Below, one piece after another: positions 10,584 through 19,786 of a stretch of DNA of 64,000 nt. The translations under genes and the position numbers were made by a program. Each line of letters opens with the position of its first letter. The stretch's first letter is position 1. Origin of the DNA: an uncultured Candidatus Binatia bacterium (GTDB taxonomy: Bacteria > Desulfobacterota > Binatia > UBA9968 > CAXXLF01); contig OZ244621.1 of NCBI GenBank assembly GCA_965218425.1, positions 2,560,001 to 2,624,000 of the forward strand. The letters run 5' to 3'. Below the pieces are notes generated by a model. That model was not told where the DNA came from. It searched no databases and saw nothing but the letters and a program-made list of their open reading frames with translations.

Positions 10584-11078
10584 CTACTTGCGGACGATAA
10601 ATTCCTCGACTGAGAACCGGAAGTTATCATAGCTGGCAAACAGGTATCTATCACTGTCTGCGCTCAGCTTGAAGTCTCTGATCATCTGGTTTTTAAGTTT
10701 TTCTATCAATCCAGGCTTGGTGTCAAATATCATCACTCGAACGGCTGCCCGAGCGATGGGGAGTTTTTGAAAGTCGTCCCATATATCTTCTTCATCGCCC
10801 CACTCAATCTCTGCAACTAGTGGAACGTCTCTTACCAAAAAATCATCGTTGGGATCTACTTCCAACCAAACAAGGTCATATAAATACTCCCCCCATTCGC
10901 TTCCATCTGCCCTAGAAACTCCTGACGTGTAAGTCTTGTAACCCCTATCCAGGGCAAGCCCAACGAGTGTTTCCTTGACCCTTTGGGTCCAAACGCGGTT
11001 ACCCCATCCATTAACGGATTCCGCCTCCTTCCCGAGTTCGTTTAACGAATCTTCCAAATCCGACCTATTTAGCGCCAT
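10584..11078 (-). CDS. PD-(D/E)XK-like nuclease-fold hypothetical protein
   Basis: EYLYDLVW…LVAEIEW…DFQKL pattern. Confidence 0.55.
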   Translation of the reverse strand: MALNRSDLEDSLNELGKEAESVNGWGNRVWTQRVKETLVGLALDRGYKTYTSGVSRADGSEWGEYLYDLVWLEVDPNDDFLVRDVPLVAEIEWGDEEDIWDDFQKLPIARAAVRVMIFDTKPGLIEKLKNQMIRDFKLSADSDRYLFASYDNFRFSVEEFIVRK

Positions 11079-11323
11079 AATCTTGCCTTTCTTTCCTTTC
11101 CGTAGACCTAGACCTAGGTATACGGTTCCCCTAAATTTTCACACAAAAACCTTATGGCCTTCGTTCTGGCAGCACGAGGACCACGCGGTATCCTAATTCC
11201 ATACCTATTACGAGACAGGAGACGGCCAACAATACCATGGACATGGTACTTCGCGATGGTGCAGCTGCCGGTGAACCCTTTCTCGCACCGCGCAAGGGTC
11301 CGTTCCTTCAAGCACGCTCCGCA

Positions 11324-12172
11324 TCAGAACGCGTAGCGCAGAGAAAGCCGGAAGCCGTGGCTCCTGAGCTTCGCCCGCGTCGCAGGAAGATCGAGCGGCA
11401 ACGGCTCGCGGCTCCCGTCGCGCCAGACCACCCGGCCCTCGCTCCGGCCGGTGTGGACCTCGCCAAGGTCGGTGTAACGCCAAGCGAGATCGAGCGTCGT
11501 GCGTTTGCTCAGCTCCGCCGCAACCCCCGCCGTCAGCATCCAGGCGAGACCAGCCCGGCTCGCGCCCGGGACGATGGTCGTCGTCCTCGGAAAGGTCATG
11601 CGGGATTCGCCGATCCGGGTGCGGACGGTGCCGACACCGGCTCCGATGAACGGTCCGAAGGGGCCGAGCCTCGGCAGGCCCAGCCCGGGCAGGTCGACAT
11701 AGGCGGCCAGGATGCCGGAGAGCGATGACAGGTCCGCACTCACCGATTGCCGGCGTTCCGGTGCCAGGAAATTGGTGCGGCCCTCGAAGGCGAAGCGCGG
11801 CCGGTATTCGACCAGCACCTCGAGCCGCAGCGCGGACGCGGCGGCGTAGCCGAGCCCGAGTTCGAGCGCGGGAACCGTCCCGAAACTGCCGACCGAACGC
11901 AGGCGTGCGCCGTCGCTGCCCGTGCCGCAGCCGTAGAGCGCCGCAGGAGAGGAGCTCGAACAGTCCCTGTCCGTGAACATGGTTTTGGCCGGACGGTCGA
12001 GACCCACCCCGGCCCGCATGTAATAATCGCTGGCGGCCGCGGCCTCGGCAGCCATGGACGCCACGACCGCGATCGCGGCCACCGCCAGAGAGCGCCAGTT
12101 CGCCCGCACCGCCGCGCTTCGCGCCAGCCGGTCGCGATGCGCATCGGGAAGCCGGATTGTCAGTGTCGCCAT
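11324..12172 (-). CDS. Outer-membrane beta-barrel (opacity/OmpA-like) fused to an antitoxin N-terminus
   Basis: Amphipathic strands and terminal YAF. The first ~22 aa (MATLTIRLPDAHRDRL) are RHH-antitoxin-like. Confidence 0.75.
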   Translation of the reverse strand: MATLTIRLPDAHRDRLARSAAVRANWRSLAVAAIAVVASMAAEAAAASDYYMRAGVGLDRPAKTMFTDRDCSSSSPAALYGCGTGSDGARLRSVGSFGTVPALELGLGYAAASALRLEVLVEYRPRFAFEGRTNFLAPERRQSVSADLSSLSGILAAYVDLPGLGLPRLGPFGPFIGAGVGTVRTRIGESRMTFPRTTTIVPGASRAGLAWMLTAGVAAELSKRTTLDLAWRYTDLGEVHTGRSEGRVVWRDGSREPLPLDLPATRAKLRSHGFRLSLRYAF

Positions 12173-12173
12173 G

Positions 12174-12365
12174 TCACTCGTCCTCCTTCAGCCAAGCACC
12201 CGGCGTGACGACGCGGAAGCCGTCGAAGACCAGTTCGCCCGCCGCGACATCCCTCTCATTGCCGGTCACGATCCACGCCGTAATGCCCCCGACTGCCAGC
12301 TCGACCAGATGGTTGTCGGACTCGTCCCGGAGGTTCGGGCTCCAGAGATAGGAGACGATGATCCT
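12174..12365 (-). pseudogene. PIN-domain toxin, C-terminal fragment
   Basis: YLWSPNLRDESDNHLVELAVGG…IVTGNERD. Confidence 0.75.
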
Positions 12366-12394
12366 TTGCACCATGATATGACAGCATATAGCCA

Positions 12395-12462
12395 TCATAA
12401 CGCTGCGCAACCAGCGGTCGAAGCTGGCGGCCAGCGTCCATTGCGCAGCGCTGGGGTTAGCC
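12395..12462 (-). other. attC-like integron recombination site
   Basis: Minus strand GGCTAAC…GTTATGA ends with inner inverted repeat gctgcgcaa/ttgcgcagc, 68 bp. Confidence 0.45.
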
Positions 12463-12501
12463 CTGCCCTACCGCCCCGCCCGGCATTGGGGGCAATTCAG
12501 A

Positions 12502-12732
12502 TCAACGCCTGGTCGGGTGGTCTCTCTCGCCCCTCTCAAAATCGCAGTTTGGATTGTTCTTGTGTCTTACGAAACCTTGCTTAGCCGTGTCTTGCGTAAG
12601 ATGGTCGTCGCATTCGGGGCACCTAGAGTTGTTCTTGTTGGCACTTGATGTTTTCACTTTAAATAGTCCTCCTTTTTTTCTTCTCAGCGTTCCGGCCTTG
12701 AGATCAAGATATGAATCAGAGCCACGAGCCAC
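12502..12732 (-). CDS. Small hypothetical protein with CxxC…H…C
   Basis: CPECDDHL…FVRHKNNPNC. Start codon uncertain. Confidence 0.4.
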   Translation of the reverse strand: MARGSDSYLDLKAGTLRRKKGGLFKVKTSSANKNNSRCPECDDHLTQDTAKQGFVRHKNNPNCDFERGERDHPTRR

Positions 12733-12757
12733 ACGAGCAAGCCTTGAAAGCCGGACA

Positions 12758-13381
12758 TTAGACTAGATCCCGCGCTTTTGGATTAGATTGCGGAAAATCT
12801 CTCTCTGCTTTTTTCATATTGGATTTGATGGCGGAAAGCGTTTCCTCTTCGAGGAATTTTTTATAAAGCGTTTCTTCGAGTGCTTTCCAGTCCTGAAACA
12901 AGGGCCAGGCTTCAGAGTTGGCCGCTATGTCAACCTCAAGGGTCCTTTTGACTAGGCGGGAGGATTCTTCCCGCAGGGGTTTTATCTTTTCCATAGCGCT
13001 TTCATATTCCCTTATCTGTGCGTCAATGGACTTTTTGTTCCACTGTGGACCCAAAACATACTCTGGGTCCATAAAAAGAAGGATGGCAGACGCATCTTTT
13101 TTAGCTGCTTCGTATCGCTCAACTGCCGCCTCCGCTTGTTTCATTGCCGCCTCTCGGATTGGCTTCCATTTTTCGGTTACTGCTTCCCATGCCTTATAGA
13201 CAGACGAACCACCCCTTGCCAGCATTGCCCTATCACGCGCCCTACTGCGGACTTCCTTGGCGAGCTGGCGGAGTTCGATTTGACGTTCAGCCTCGGCAAT
13301 GTCCGCTTGAGTATCCGCAAAGGCCGGGAGGGTTCCGAGGCCGATGAGAGCGATTAGCAGCATAACGGTTGTACGATTCAT
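12758..13381 (-). CDS. Secreted alpha-helical hypothetical protein
   Basis: Signal peptide ending PAFA, coiled-coil composition. Confidence 0.7.
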   Translation of the reverse strand: MNRTTVMLLIALIGLGTLPAFADTQADIAEAERQIELRQLAKEVRSRARDRAMLARGGSSVYKAWEAVTEKWKPIREAAMKQAEAAVERYEAAKKDASAILLFMDPEYVLGPQWNKKSIDAQIREYESAMEKIKPLREESSRLVKRTLEVDIAANSEAWPLFQDWKALEETLYKKFLEEETLSAIKSNMKKAERDFPQSNPKARDLV

Positions 13382-13433
13382 AAACGCACCCTATTGGGCA
13401 AACCTACTCCGAGGGTTTAGGTGAGCCTTTGCG

Positions 13434-13811
13434 TCAAGGCGTGTTAATGCGAAAGTAGGTGAGGCTTCGGATCGGAATACCGTCCTTCTCGTACCTCCCA
13501 AAAGACCATGCGTTGGGATGTTCCTGTACCATCTCCCAGACAAAGAGACCGAAGCAATATCCTGATGCCTTCATGTCGTATCGGCAGGCGTCGGTGTAGA
13601 TGGGTTCCCAGACTGTACCTGTCCAGTCATGTCCTGGCATCCAACCCGCAGTGTGAATTTCGTCACCATCAATCATGTCGCGAAGCTCCGCGTGGATAGC
13701 ATCGATCTGCGCAGTGGTGAGTCGAGACCGCCACAGACTGAACTCCGCCTGATGAAGCGTGTAGGTGACTTTCCGGATCTGTCCCCCACTATCAATAGAA
13801 TAGAGTGCCAT
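13434..13811 (-). CDS. Hypothetical protein
   Basis: 125-aa ORF with protein-like composition. Confidence 0.65.
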   Translation of the reverse strand: MALYSIDSGGQIRKVTYTLHQAEFSLWRSRLTTAQIDAIHAELRDMIDGDEIHTAGWMPGHDWTGTVWEPIYTDACRYDMKASGYCFGLFVWEMVQEHPNAWSFGRYEKDGIPIRSLTYFRINTP

Positions 13812-13919
13812 GAGCCTTACCCCTAATTAGCGATGATTTCATGGGGGGGGGATGACCTTGCCCCCTAAAACGAGTCCAGGTGAAATGTTAGGGATTTTGA
13901 TTTTAGGAAGGAGGCAAGG

Positions 13920-14198
13920 ATGGCAAGAAAGCGATTTACGGCCGAGCAGATTATCCTCAAGCTGCGTGAGGCGGAGGTGAGCTTGGCCCAAGGGAAGGCG
14001 GTGGGCCAGGTGTGCAAGCAGGTGGGGGTAACCGTGCAGACCTACTACCGGTGGAGGAAGGAATATGGAGGCCTGAAGATGGATCAGGCCAAGAGGCTCA
14101 AGGCCTTGGACAAGGAGAATGCGCGGTTGAAGAAGCTGGTGGCGGATCTATCGCTGGACAACCAGATCCTGAAGGAAGTGTCCTCGGGAAACTTCTAG
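13920..14198 (+). CDS. IS3 transposase OrfA
   Basis: [12 protein letters not shown]…[13 protein letters not shown]. Slippery gggaaac at the 3' end. Confidence 0.95.
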   Translation: MARKRFTAEQIILKLREAEVSLAQGKAVGQVCKQVGVTVQTYYRWRKEYGGLKMDQAKRLKALDKENARLKKLVADLSLDNQILKEVSSGNF

Positions 14199-15091
14199 GC
14201 CCGGCGAAGAGGAGACGAGCGGTGATATGGGCCAGAGAAAGATTGGGACCTGATCGAGTCTCCGAACGCCGGGCTTGCCAAGTGTTGGGACAGCCGCGAT
14301 CGACGCAACGAAGAGTCCGAGAGATCCCGGAAGAGGAAGCAAGACTAGTGGCTCGGATGATGGAGCTGGCCAGCGAATACGGGCGATACGGCTACCGGAG
14401 GATTACGGCCATGCTGCGTGGGGAGGGGTGGAAGGTCAACCACAAGCGAGTGGAGAGGCTCTGGAGGCAGGAAGGGCTGAAAGTCCTCAGCCGTCAGCCT
14501 AAGCGAGGGAGGCTCCGGTTGACTGATGGCTCCTGCATTCGCCTGAGACCGGCGCATCGAAACCATGTGTGGAGTTATGACTTCGTGCACGAGCGAACCG
14601 AAGACGGTCGGGCCTTTCGGCTGTTGAGCATCCTGGATGAATACACCCGGGAGTGCTTGGCGATTGATGTGGCCAGACGGATGAATCACCGGGATGTGCT
14701 GGAACGGTTAGCGGAGCTATTCGTGGAACGGGGCGTGCCGCAGTCCCTTCGGTCCGACAATGGCCCCGAGTTTACGGCTCAGGCTATCCGGGACTGGCTC
14801 AAGGCCATTGGTGTCAGGACACTCTACATCGAGCCTGGCAGTCCTTGGGAGAATGGCTACGTGGAGAGTTTTAACGGAAAACTCAGGGATGAGCTGCTCA
14901 ACCGGGAGGTGTTTGAAACCCTGAGGGAAGCTCAGGTGCTGATCGAAAGATGGAGAAGAGAGTATAACCAGCGGCGGCCTCACAGCGCCCTGGGCTATCG
15001 TTCTCCGGCACCGGAGGCCTTTCTGCCCAGAGCGCAGGCTGGGAATTCATCCCCATGGGCTGGACTCCAGATAATTCCGGCTCTAACTTAA
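14195..15091 (+). CDS. IS3 transposase OrfB (DDE), fused to OrfA by -1 frameshift
   Basis: WSYDF, SDNGPEF and [15 protein letters not shown] motifs. Confidence 0.93.
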   Translation, partial: LGPAKRRRAVIWARERLGPDRVSERRACQVLGQPRSTQRRVREIPEEEARLVARMMELASEYGRYGYRRITAMLRGEGWKVNHKRVERLWRQEGLKVLSRQPKRGRLRLTDGSCIRLRPAHRNHVWSYDFVHERTEDGRAFRLLSILDEYTRECLAIDVARRMNHRDVLERLAELFVERGVPQSLRSDNGPEFTAQAIRDWLKAIGVRTLYIEPGSPWENGYVESFNGKLRDELLNREVFETLREAQVLIERWRREYNQRRPHSALGYRSPAPEAFLPRAQAGNSSPWAGLQIIPALT

Positions 15092-15123
15092 AGGGTGGTA
15101 CCACTCCTGGGGGCAGGTCAGGG

Positions 15124-15194
15124 ACGGTAGCCTTAAAACCGGGTTAGTGTCAACCCGAAACTCCCCGTCCAGCCCTTGCGCTTTGCCGGGCAGG
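15124..15194. repeat. Intergenic spacer repeat, copy 3 (IS3 inserted at its edge)
   Basis: acggtagccttaaaaccgggttagtgtcaa…cccgtccagcccttgcgctttgccggg. Confidence 0.8.
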
Positions 15195-15473
15195 ATTAAC
15201 GATCCATTTCAAAAGCCCATGTTGAGGGGAGATCGTGCGTTATAGGGCAATTTGGGGGCTTGCCCTGAAACTGGGGGAACCCAAACGCACGCGGGATCCT
15301 TGTTTTACCTGTGGATAATTTCTGCACCATCCAGGCAAGCTGGGCGTCGACCTGGCCGGGGCGGGCGAGCGCTAGGGAGTTTGAAAAAATCGAGAGCCAA
15401 TGAAATCAAGGCTTTTTCCTGGTAACGGCAAATTGCACAATTTTTGGTCAAATTGAAAGCTAAGGGGGAGAGA

Positions 15474-16079
15474 TTAAGGCTTTACAGCGTTTTGGGGCCA
15501 GTATCTTATCGTAGGGTTTTTCTGATCTGTTGGGTTCGCTCTAAGATAATCGAGGCTGAACTTATCGGCAAACAGCAAGACAGTCTCTCGGAACACGTCC
15601 TGAAGTGTTTCCAGTGAGCCGTATCCAGTATAGCTAAATTGCCATGTAATTGTGTGGGTGGATTCGTTGTTTGGTGGTACGCGGATGGGATCGGCAAGTT
15701 GGACCAGTCCAAATTCGAGACTATAAATATGGATTGCTAACTCAGCATGCTTTAAGATGTTCACGAGAACGAAGAGAATCGGGGCAGAGGTTTTTCCCGT
15801 AATTGGCACCCCGTTTTTTCTCAGTCTCAGTTCAAGTGCGTCGTGTAGTAGTTCCCTTCTTTCCCTGTGCCATTTGTCATTAGAATGCAGACCCGTAAAG
15901 GGACCAGGGGTAAGGCGGGCAACCTTCGTAACAATCTGGACCGGATCTAACTCGGCCAATGATAGAATCTAGTCGGGAATCTTTTCATACTTTTCATTGC
16001 CAATGTCTAGTTGCGCCTCTGCGGATGCAGAAACCCCCATGGCCACTACAAGCACAACGACACTGAAAGTAGAATACAT
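15474..16079 (-). pseudogene. Secreted hypothetical protein with an in-frame TAG
   Basis: RBS ggagg, signal peptide MYSTFSVVVLVVAMGVSASAEA, TAG at 15969-15971 in frame with ORF 15474-15959. Confidence 0.65.
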
Positions 16080-16140
16080 GGGAACACCTCCGTAGGGACA
16101 CTAGTAAATCGGCAATTGGCTGTCAATTGGTATGGATTGG

Positions 16141-16221
16141 ATTGTGGGGTTGATTGATGCCTGTACCACCAAGCCCGGACCGCGTGGCCCCTACAAAATA
16201 ATTTCAAACTGAGATACTACC
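16141..16221 (+). mobile_element. 3' end remnant of an IS (IS1/IS1595-like)
   Basis: IVGLIDA…KPGPRGPYK followed by atttcaaactgagatactacc, resembling a transposase C-terminus plus terminal repeat. Confidence 0.5.
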
Positions 16222-16320
16222 GCGGCTTTTAACAGGTTGTTTTTTAGTCTAGTCAAAGATAGCATTTGGCTAGGCGCTCAGAGCAGTTGCAGCGAAAAAC
16301 GAGGACAAGGAGAGAATCAA

Positions 16321-16527
16321 TGGGGGCAACTTTAGGGGCAACAGGTTAATTATTGAAATTCAAGTAGTTGTTTTATCAATAAGTTATGACCGGAATGTAA
16401 TTCCCCCCGCCCCATTTACCTTTCCAGTACCATCCAAAAAAGATCAAAAAATTCCTTGTAAATCATAAAGTTAATTTGATATAGCGTCCGTTATGGTCCC
16501 ATGCCGTCCAACTAAATCTGCCCCCAT
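16321..16527. other. Putative attachment-site region of a P4-type integrase
   Basis: Tandem ggggcaac repeats, core-like aattccccccgcccca, inverted tgccccca before the integrase stub. Confidence 0.45.
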
Positions 16528-16614
16528 GTGTCGTTGACTGATACCGCTATTCGCTCTGCAAAGCCCGAGGATAAGACTTTCAAGCTGTTTGATACCGGGC
16601 CGGTTGGGGTTTAA
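16528..16614 (+). pseudogene. P4-like tyrosine integrase, N-terminal stub
   Basis: VSLTDTAIRSAKPEDKTFKLFDTG matches the start of the arm-binding domain. Confidence 0.75.
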
Positions 16615-16625
16615 TCGGTCCTGCG

Positions 16626-17378
16626 CTAATTCGACAGGATCTGGCTGAGGAACAGTTTGGTCCGGTCGTTCTGCGGGTTGTCGAAGAATTCCTTTGGCCG
16701 GTTTTGCTCTATGATCTCGCCCCCGTCCATGAAGATGACGCAATCGGCGACGCGGTTGGCGAACCCCATTTCGTGGGTCACGACCAGCATGGTCATGCCG
16801 GACTCGGCAAGCTCGATCATCACGTCGAGCACCTCCTTGATCATCTCGGGGTCGAGCGCAGACGTCGGTTCGTCGAACAGCATGATCTTGGGCTGCATGC
16901 ACAGGGATCTTGCAATGGCGACGCGCTGCTGCTGACCGCCCGATAGCTGGCCGGGAAATTTATCCGCCTGTTCGGAGATCTGGACCCGCTCGAGATATTG
17001 CCGCGCCAGCGCCTCGGCTTTGTCCCTGGGCGTCTTGCGCACCCAGATGGGCGCCAGCGTGCAGTTCTCCAGCACCGTCAGATGCGGGAACAGGTTGAAG
17101 TGCTGGAACACCATCCCGACTTCCGACCGGATCTGCTCGATATGTTTGAGATCGCCGGTGAGTTCGGTCCCGTCGACCACGATGGTTCCGCGCTGATGCT
17201 GTTCGAGATGGTTGATGCAACGGATCAGAGTCGATTTGCCCGAGCCCGACGGCCCGCAAATAACAACGCGTTCGCCCGTCGCCACCGTCAGGTTGATGTT
17301 CTTCAGGACATGAAACGGGCCGAACCACTTGTTCATGCCGGCGATCTCGATGATAGGTGCGGCGGAAGCGTCTAACAT
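16626..17378 (-). CDS. aapP: General L-amino acid ABC transporter, ATP-binding
   Basis: [23 protein letters not shown]. Start set at MLDASAAP. Confidence 0.93.
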   Translation of the reverse strand: MLDASAAPIIEIAGMNKWFGPFHVLKNINLTVATGERVVICGPSGSGKSTLIRCINHLEQHQRGTIVVDGTELTGDLKHIEQIRSEVGMVFQHFNLFPHLTVLENCTLAPIWVRKTPRDKAEALARQYLERVQISEQADKFPGQLSGGQQQRVAIARSLCMQPKIMLFDEPTSALDPEMIKEVLDVMIELAESGMTMLVVTHEMGFANRVADCVIFMDGGEIIEQNRPKEFFDNPQNDRTKLFLSQILSN

Positions 17379-17388
17379 GGCGTTACTC

Positions 17389-18510
17389 CTAACGGTGATC
17401 GGTGCTGAGCCGTTTCTCGAGCCACAACGAGTAGCGCGACATGGCGAAACAGCTGATAAAAAAGAAAAGCGCGCAAAACAGATAGGTTTCGGTGGAAAGC
17501 CCGTTCCACTTAGCGTCCGCGAGCACGGCGCGGCCGATTCCCAGCGGATCAAGGAGCCCGATGACGATCACCAGCGTAGTGTCCTTGTAGAGCGATATGA
17601 AACAGTTCACGAGGCCGGGGATCGAAACTTTAAGCGCCTGGGGCAGGGTGATCAGCAAAGTGGTCTTCCAGTAGGACAGCCCCAGCGCATCGGCGGCTTC
17701 GTACTGACCGCGGAGGATGGCCTGAATGCCGCCGCGTACGACTTCGGCGACGTAGGCCGAGGCGAACAGTGACACCATGATCAGCACCCGGACCAGCAGA
17801 TTGAAGCTGGTGCCGGCCGGTAGGAAGTAGTTGAGCATGGTGGAGGCGACGAACAGTAGTGCGATTAACGGTACGCCGCGCAGGAACTCGATAAAACTGA
17901 CGCAGATTATGCGGATGGCCAATAGCCTGGACTGCCGCCCGAGCGCCAGCAGGATGCCGATCGGGAGCGAGGCGAAGATCCCGGTCACGCCGACGATCAG
18001 CGTGAGCAGAAACCCGCCATAGGCTTGGGTATCGACCACCTCGAGCCCGAGGCCGCCATAGATCAGCCAGCCCCCGATAAAGGGGTAGGCCAGGGAGAAC
18101 AGCACCAGGCGCCGGCGATACGGGGTTCGGTCGTAAAGCATCGGCACCAGGGCGGCAAGCAGCAAGACAAAAGCCAGATTGGGGCGCCAGCGCTCGGCGG
18201 CCGGATAGAAGCCGTAGGCGAACTGCTCGACCCGGGTAGCGATCACGGCCCAGCATGCGCCGTTGCCGATCTTGCGGCACCCGACCCGCGAATCGGCGTC
18301 GACCACCGCGTCGAGCAGCAGCCAGTCGATGGCGGCGACGATGAATTGGACCAGAAGAAAGGCGAAGAAGATCGTCAATGCGGTGTTGGATATCGATGAA
18401 AACAGATTCGCGCGCAGCCAGCCCAGCACACCGACGGACCCCATGGGCGGCGGCAGATTGGGATGCTGGCCCGGCGGATAGGCGCGCGGCGGCGGTTCCT
18501 TGCGCGTCAT
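17389..18510 (-). CDS. aapM: General L-amino acid ABC transporter, permease
   Basis: [23 protein letters not shown] motifs. Confidence 0.92.
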   Translation of the reverse strand: MTRKEPPPRAYPPGQHPNLPPPMGSVGVLGWLRANLFSSISNTALTIFFAFLLVQFIVAAIDWLLLDAVVDADSRVGCRKIGNGACWAVIATRVEQFAYGFYPAAERWRPNLAFVLLLAALVPMLYDRTPYRRRLVLFSLAYPFIGGWLIYGGLGLEVVDTQAYGGFLLTLIVGVTGIFASLPIGILLALGRQSRLLAIRIICVSFIEFLRGVPLIALLFVASTMLNYFLPAGTSFNLLVRVLIMVSLFASAYVAEVVRGGIQAILRGQYEAADALGLSYWKTTLLITLPQALKVSIPGLVNCFISLYKDTTLVIVIGLLDPLGIGRAVLADAKWNGLSTETYLFCALFFFISCFAMSRYSLWLEKRLSTDHR

Positions 18511-19739
18511 CGTTCCACCAACCTGACACGATTGTTGTACCAGTTCATAAAAGCCGAGATGGCGAGCGACAGCGACAGATAGATCAGCATCACCAGCATC
18601 ATGGATTCTATCTCGCGGCCGGTCTGGTTAAGCGTGATGCCGCCGAGCGTCGCCACCAGATCCATATAGCCGATGGCGATGGCGAGGGAGGAGTTTTTGG
18701 TCAGGTTGAGATATTGCGAGGTGAGGGGTGGGATGATCACGCGCAGGGCCTGCGGGAGGATCACCAGTTTGAGTACCCGGCCGGGCCGCAGGCCGAGGGA
18801 TTGGGCGGCCTCGCGCTGCCCCTTGTCAACGGCCAGAATGCCCCCCCGCACGTTTTCGGCGATAAAGGCGGCGGTATAGATCGAGAGCGCCCAGGTCAGC
18901 GCGACGAATTCGGGAATGAGCGACAGACCGCCCTGAAAATTGAAGCCGCTCAAGGCCGGAAACTCGAAGGAGACCGGCGCGCCCGCGGCAAGATAAGCTA
19001 GCAGCGGCAGCCCCACGATGGCCGCGGCGCCGACCCACAGTGCCGGGAAATAGCGTCCGGTTTCGTCCTGGAGGCGTCTTGCATGGCGGCTGACGCCATA
19101 GGCGACGCCGATGCCGACGATCAAGGCGGCGAGGAGCACCCACGCGCCTTCCTCGAACAATGGCCTGGGGATATAAAACCCGCGATTGGCCAGGAAGACG
19201 GACCCGCCAAACCCGATTGCCCGGCGCGGATGGGGCAGTGTGTTGATGATGATGCCGTGCCACAGAAGTATGTGGAGCAGCACCGGCACGTTGCGGGTGA
19301 ATTCGACGAAACAGTAGGTGGCCTTCGCCACCAGCCAGTTTGACGACAGCCGCAACGCCCCCAGCGCAAAGCCCAGGGCGGTGGCGATCATGATCGCGAC
19401 GACCGCCACCAGGAGGGTGTTGATCAGTCCGACCACGGCGGCGCGCAGGTGCGTGTCCTGGTTGGTGTAATCTATCAGTGTCTGGTTGATGTCGTAATTG
19501 GCCGGCAGTTCCCACAGAAAGCTGAAGCCGAAGGTCTTTTCCAGCGCAGCAAAATTGACCAGCACATTGCCGATCAGCCAGGCCGTGGCGGCGAAGAACC
19601 CGAGCACCACGAGAATCTGGATCGCGACGCCGCGAAGGCGTTCATCGCGCCACAACCGTGACAGACGAAACGGCGGCTTCGGCGGCAGCGTCCGGCTGGT
19701 TAGCGACTGGTTTGTCACGGCGGTTGAGCGTGAACTCAA
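18507..19739 (-). CDS. aapQ: General L-amino acid ABC transporter, permease
   Basis: AFIAENVRGG…KGQREAA, QYLNLTKNSSL motifs. Confidence 0.92.
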   Translation of the reverse strand: MSSRSTAVTNQSLTSRTLPPKPPFRLSRLWRDERLRGVAIQILVVLGFFAATAWLIGNVLVNFAALEKTFGFSFLWELPANYDINQTLIDYTNQDTHLRAAVVGLINTLLVAVVAIMIATALGFALGALRLSSNWLVAKATYCFVEFTRNVPVLLHILLWHGIIINTLPHPRRAIGFGGSVFLANRGFYIPRPLFEEGAWVLLAALIVGIGVAYGVSRHARRLQDETGRYFPALWVGAAAIVGLPLLAYLAAGAPVSFEFPALSGFNFQGGLSLIPEFVALTWALSIYTAAFIAENVRGGILAVDKGQREAAQSLGLRPGRVLKLVILPQALRVIIPPLTSQYLNLTKNSSLAIAIGYMDLVATLGGITLNQTGREIESMMLVMLIYLSLSLAISAFMNWYNNRVRLVER

Positions 19740-19746
19740 AGAAAAT

Positions 19747-19772
19747 CACCCCGCGGGACCGCCGCGGGGTGA
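19747..19772 (-). terminator. GC-rich hairpin between aapJ and aapQ
   Basis: caccccgcgg…ccgcggggtg followed by a T-rich tract on the minus strand. Confidence 0.6.
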
Positions 19773-19786
19773 TGGAGGGATTTCTT

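Larger units (their letters stand above)
13853..15120 (+). mobile_element. IS3-family insertion sequence (IS407-like), apparently intact
   Basis: Terminal inverted repeats tgacc(t)tgccccc…gggggcaggtca, GGGA target duplication on both sides, orfA/orfB overlap. Confidence 0.95.

Noticed and set aside
5380..15194. Repeats as a CRISPR array
   Set aside because: Copies are kilobases apart and separated by genes; no cas genes are present.
15310..15318. DnaA box (TGTGGATAA) as an origin
   Set aside because: A single 9-mer can occur by chance; no cluster.
16395..16420. tRNA or tmRNA gene
   Set aside because: Only a short 3'-end-like core; no cloverleaf or full gene.
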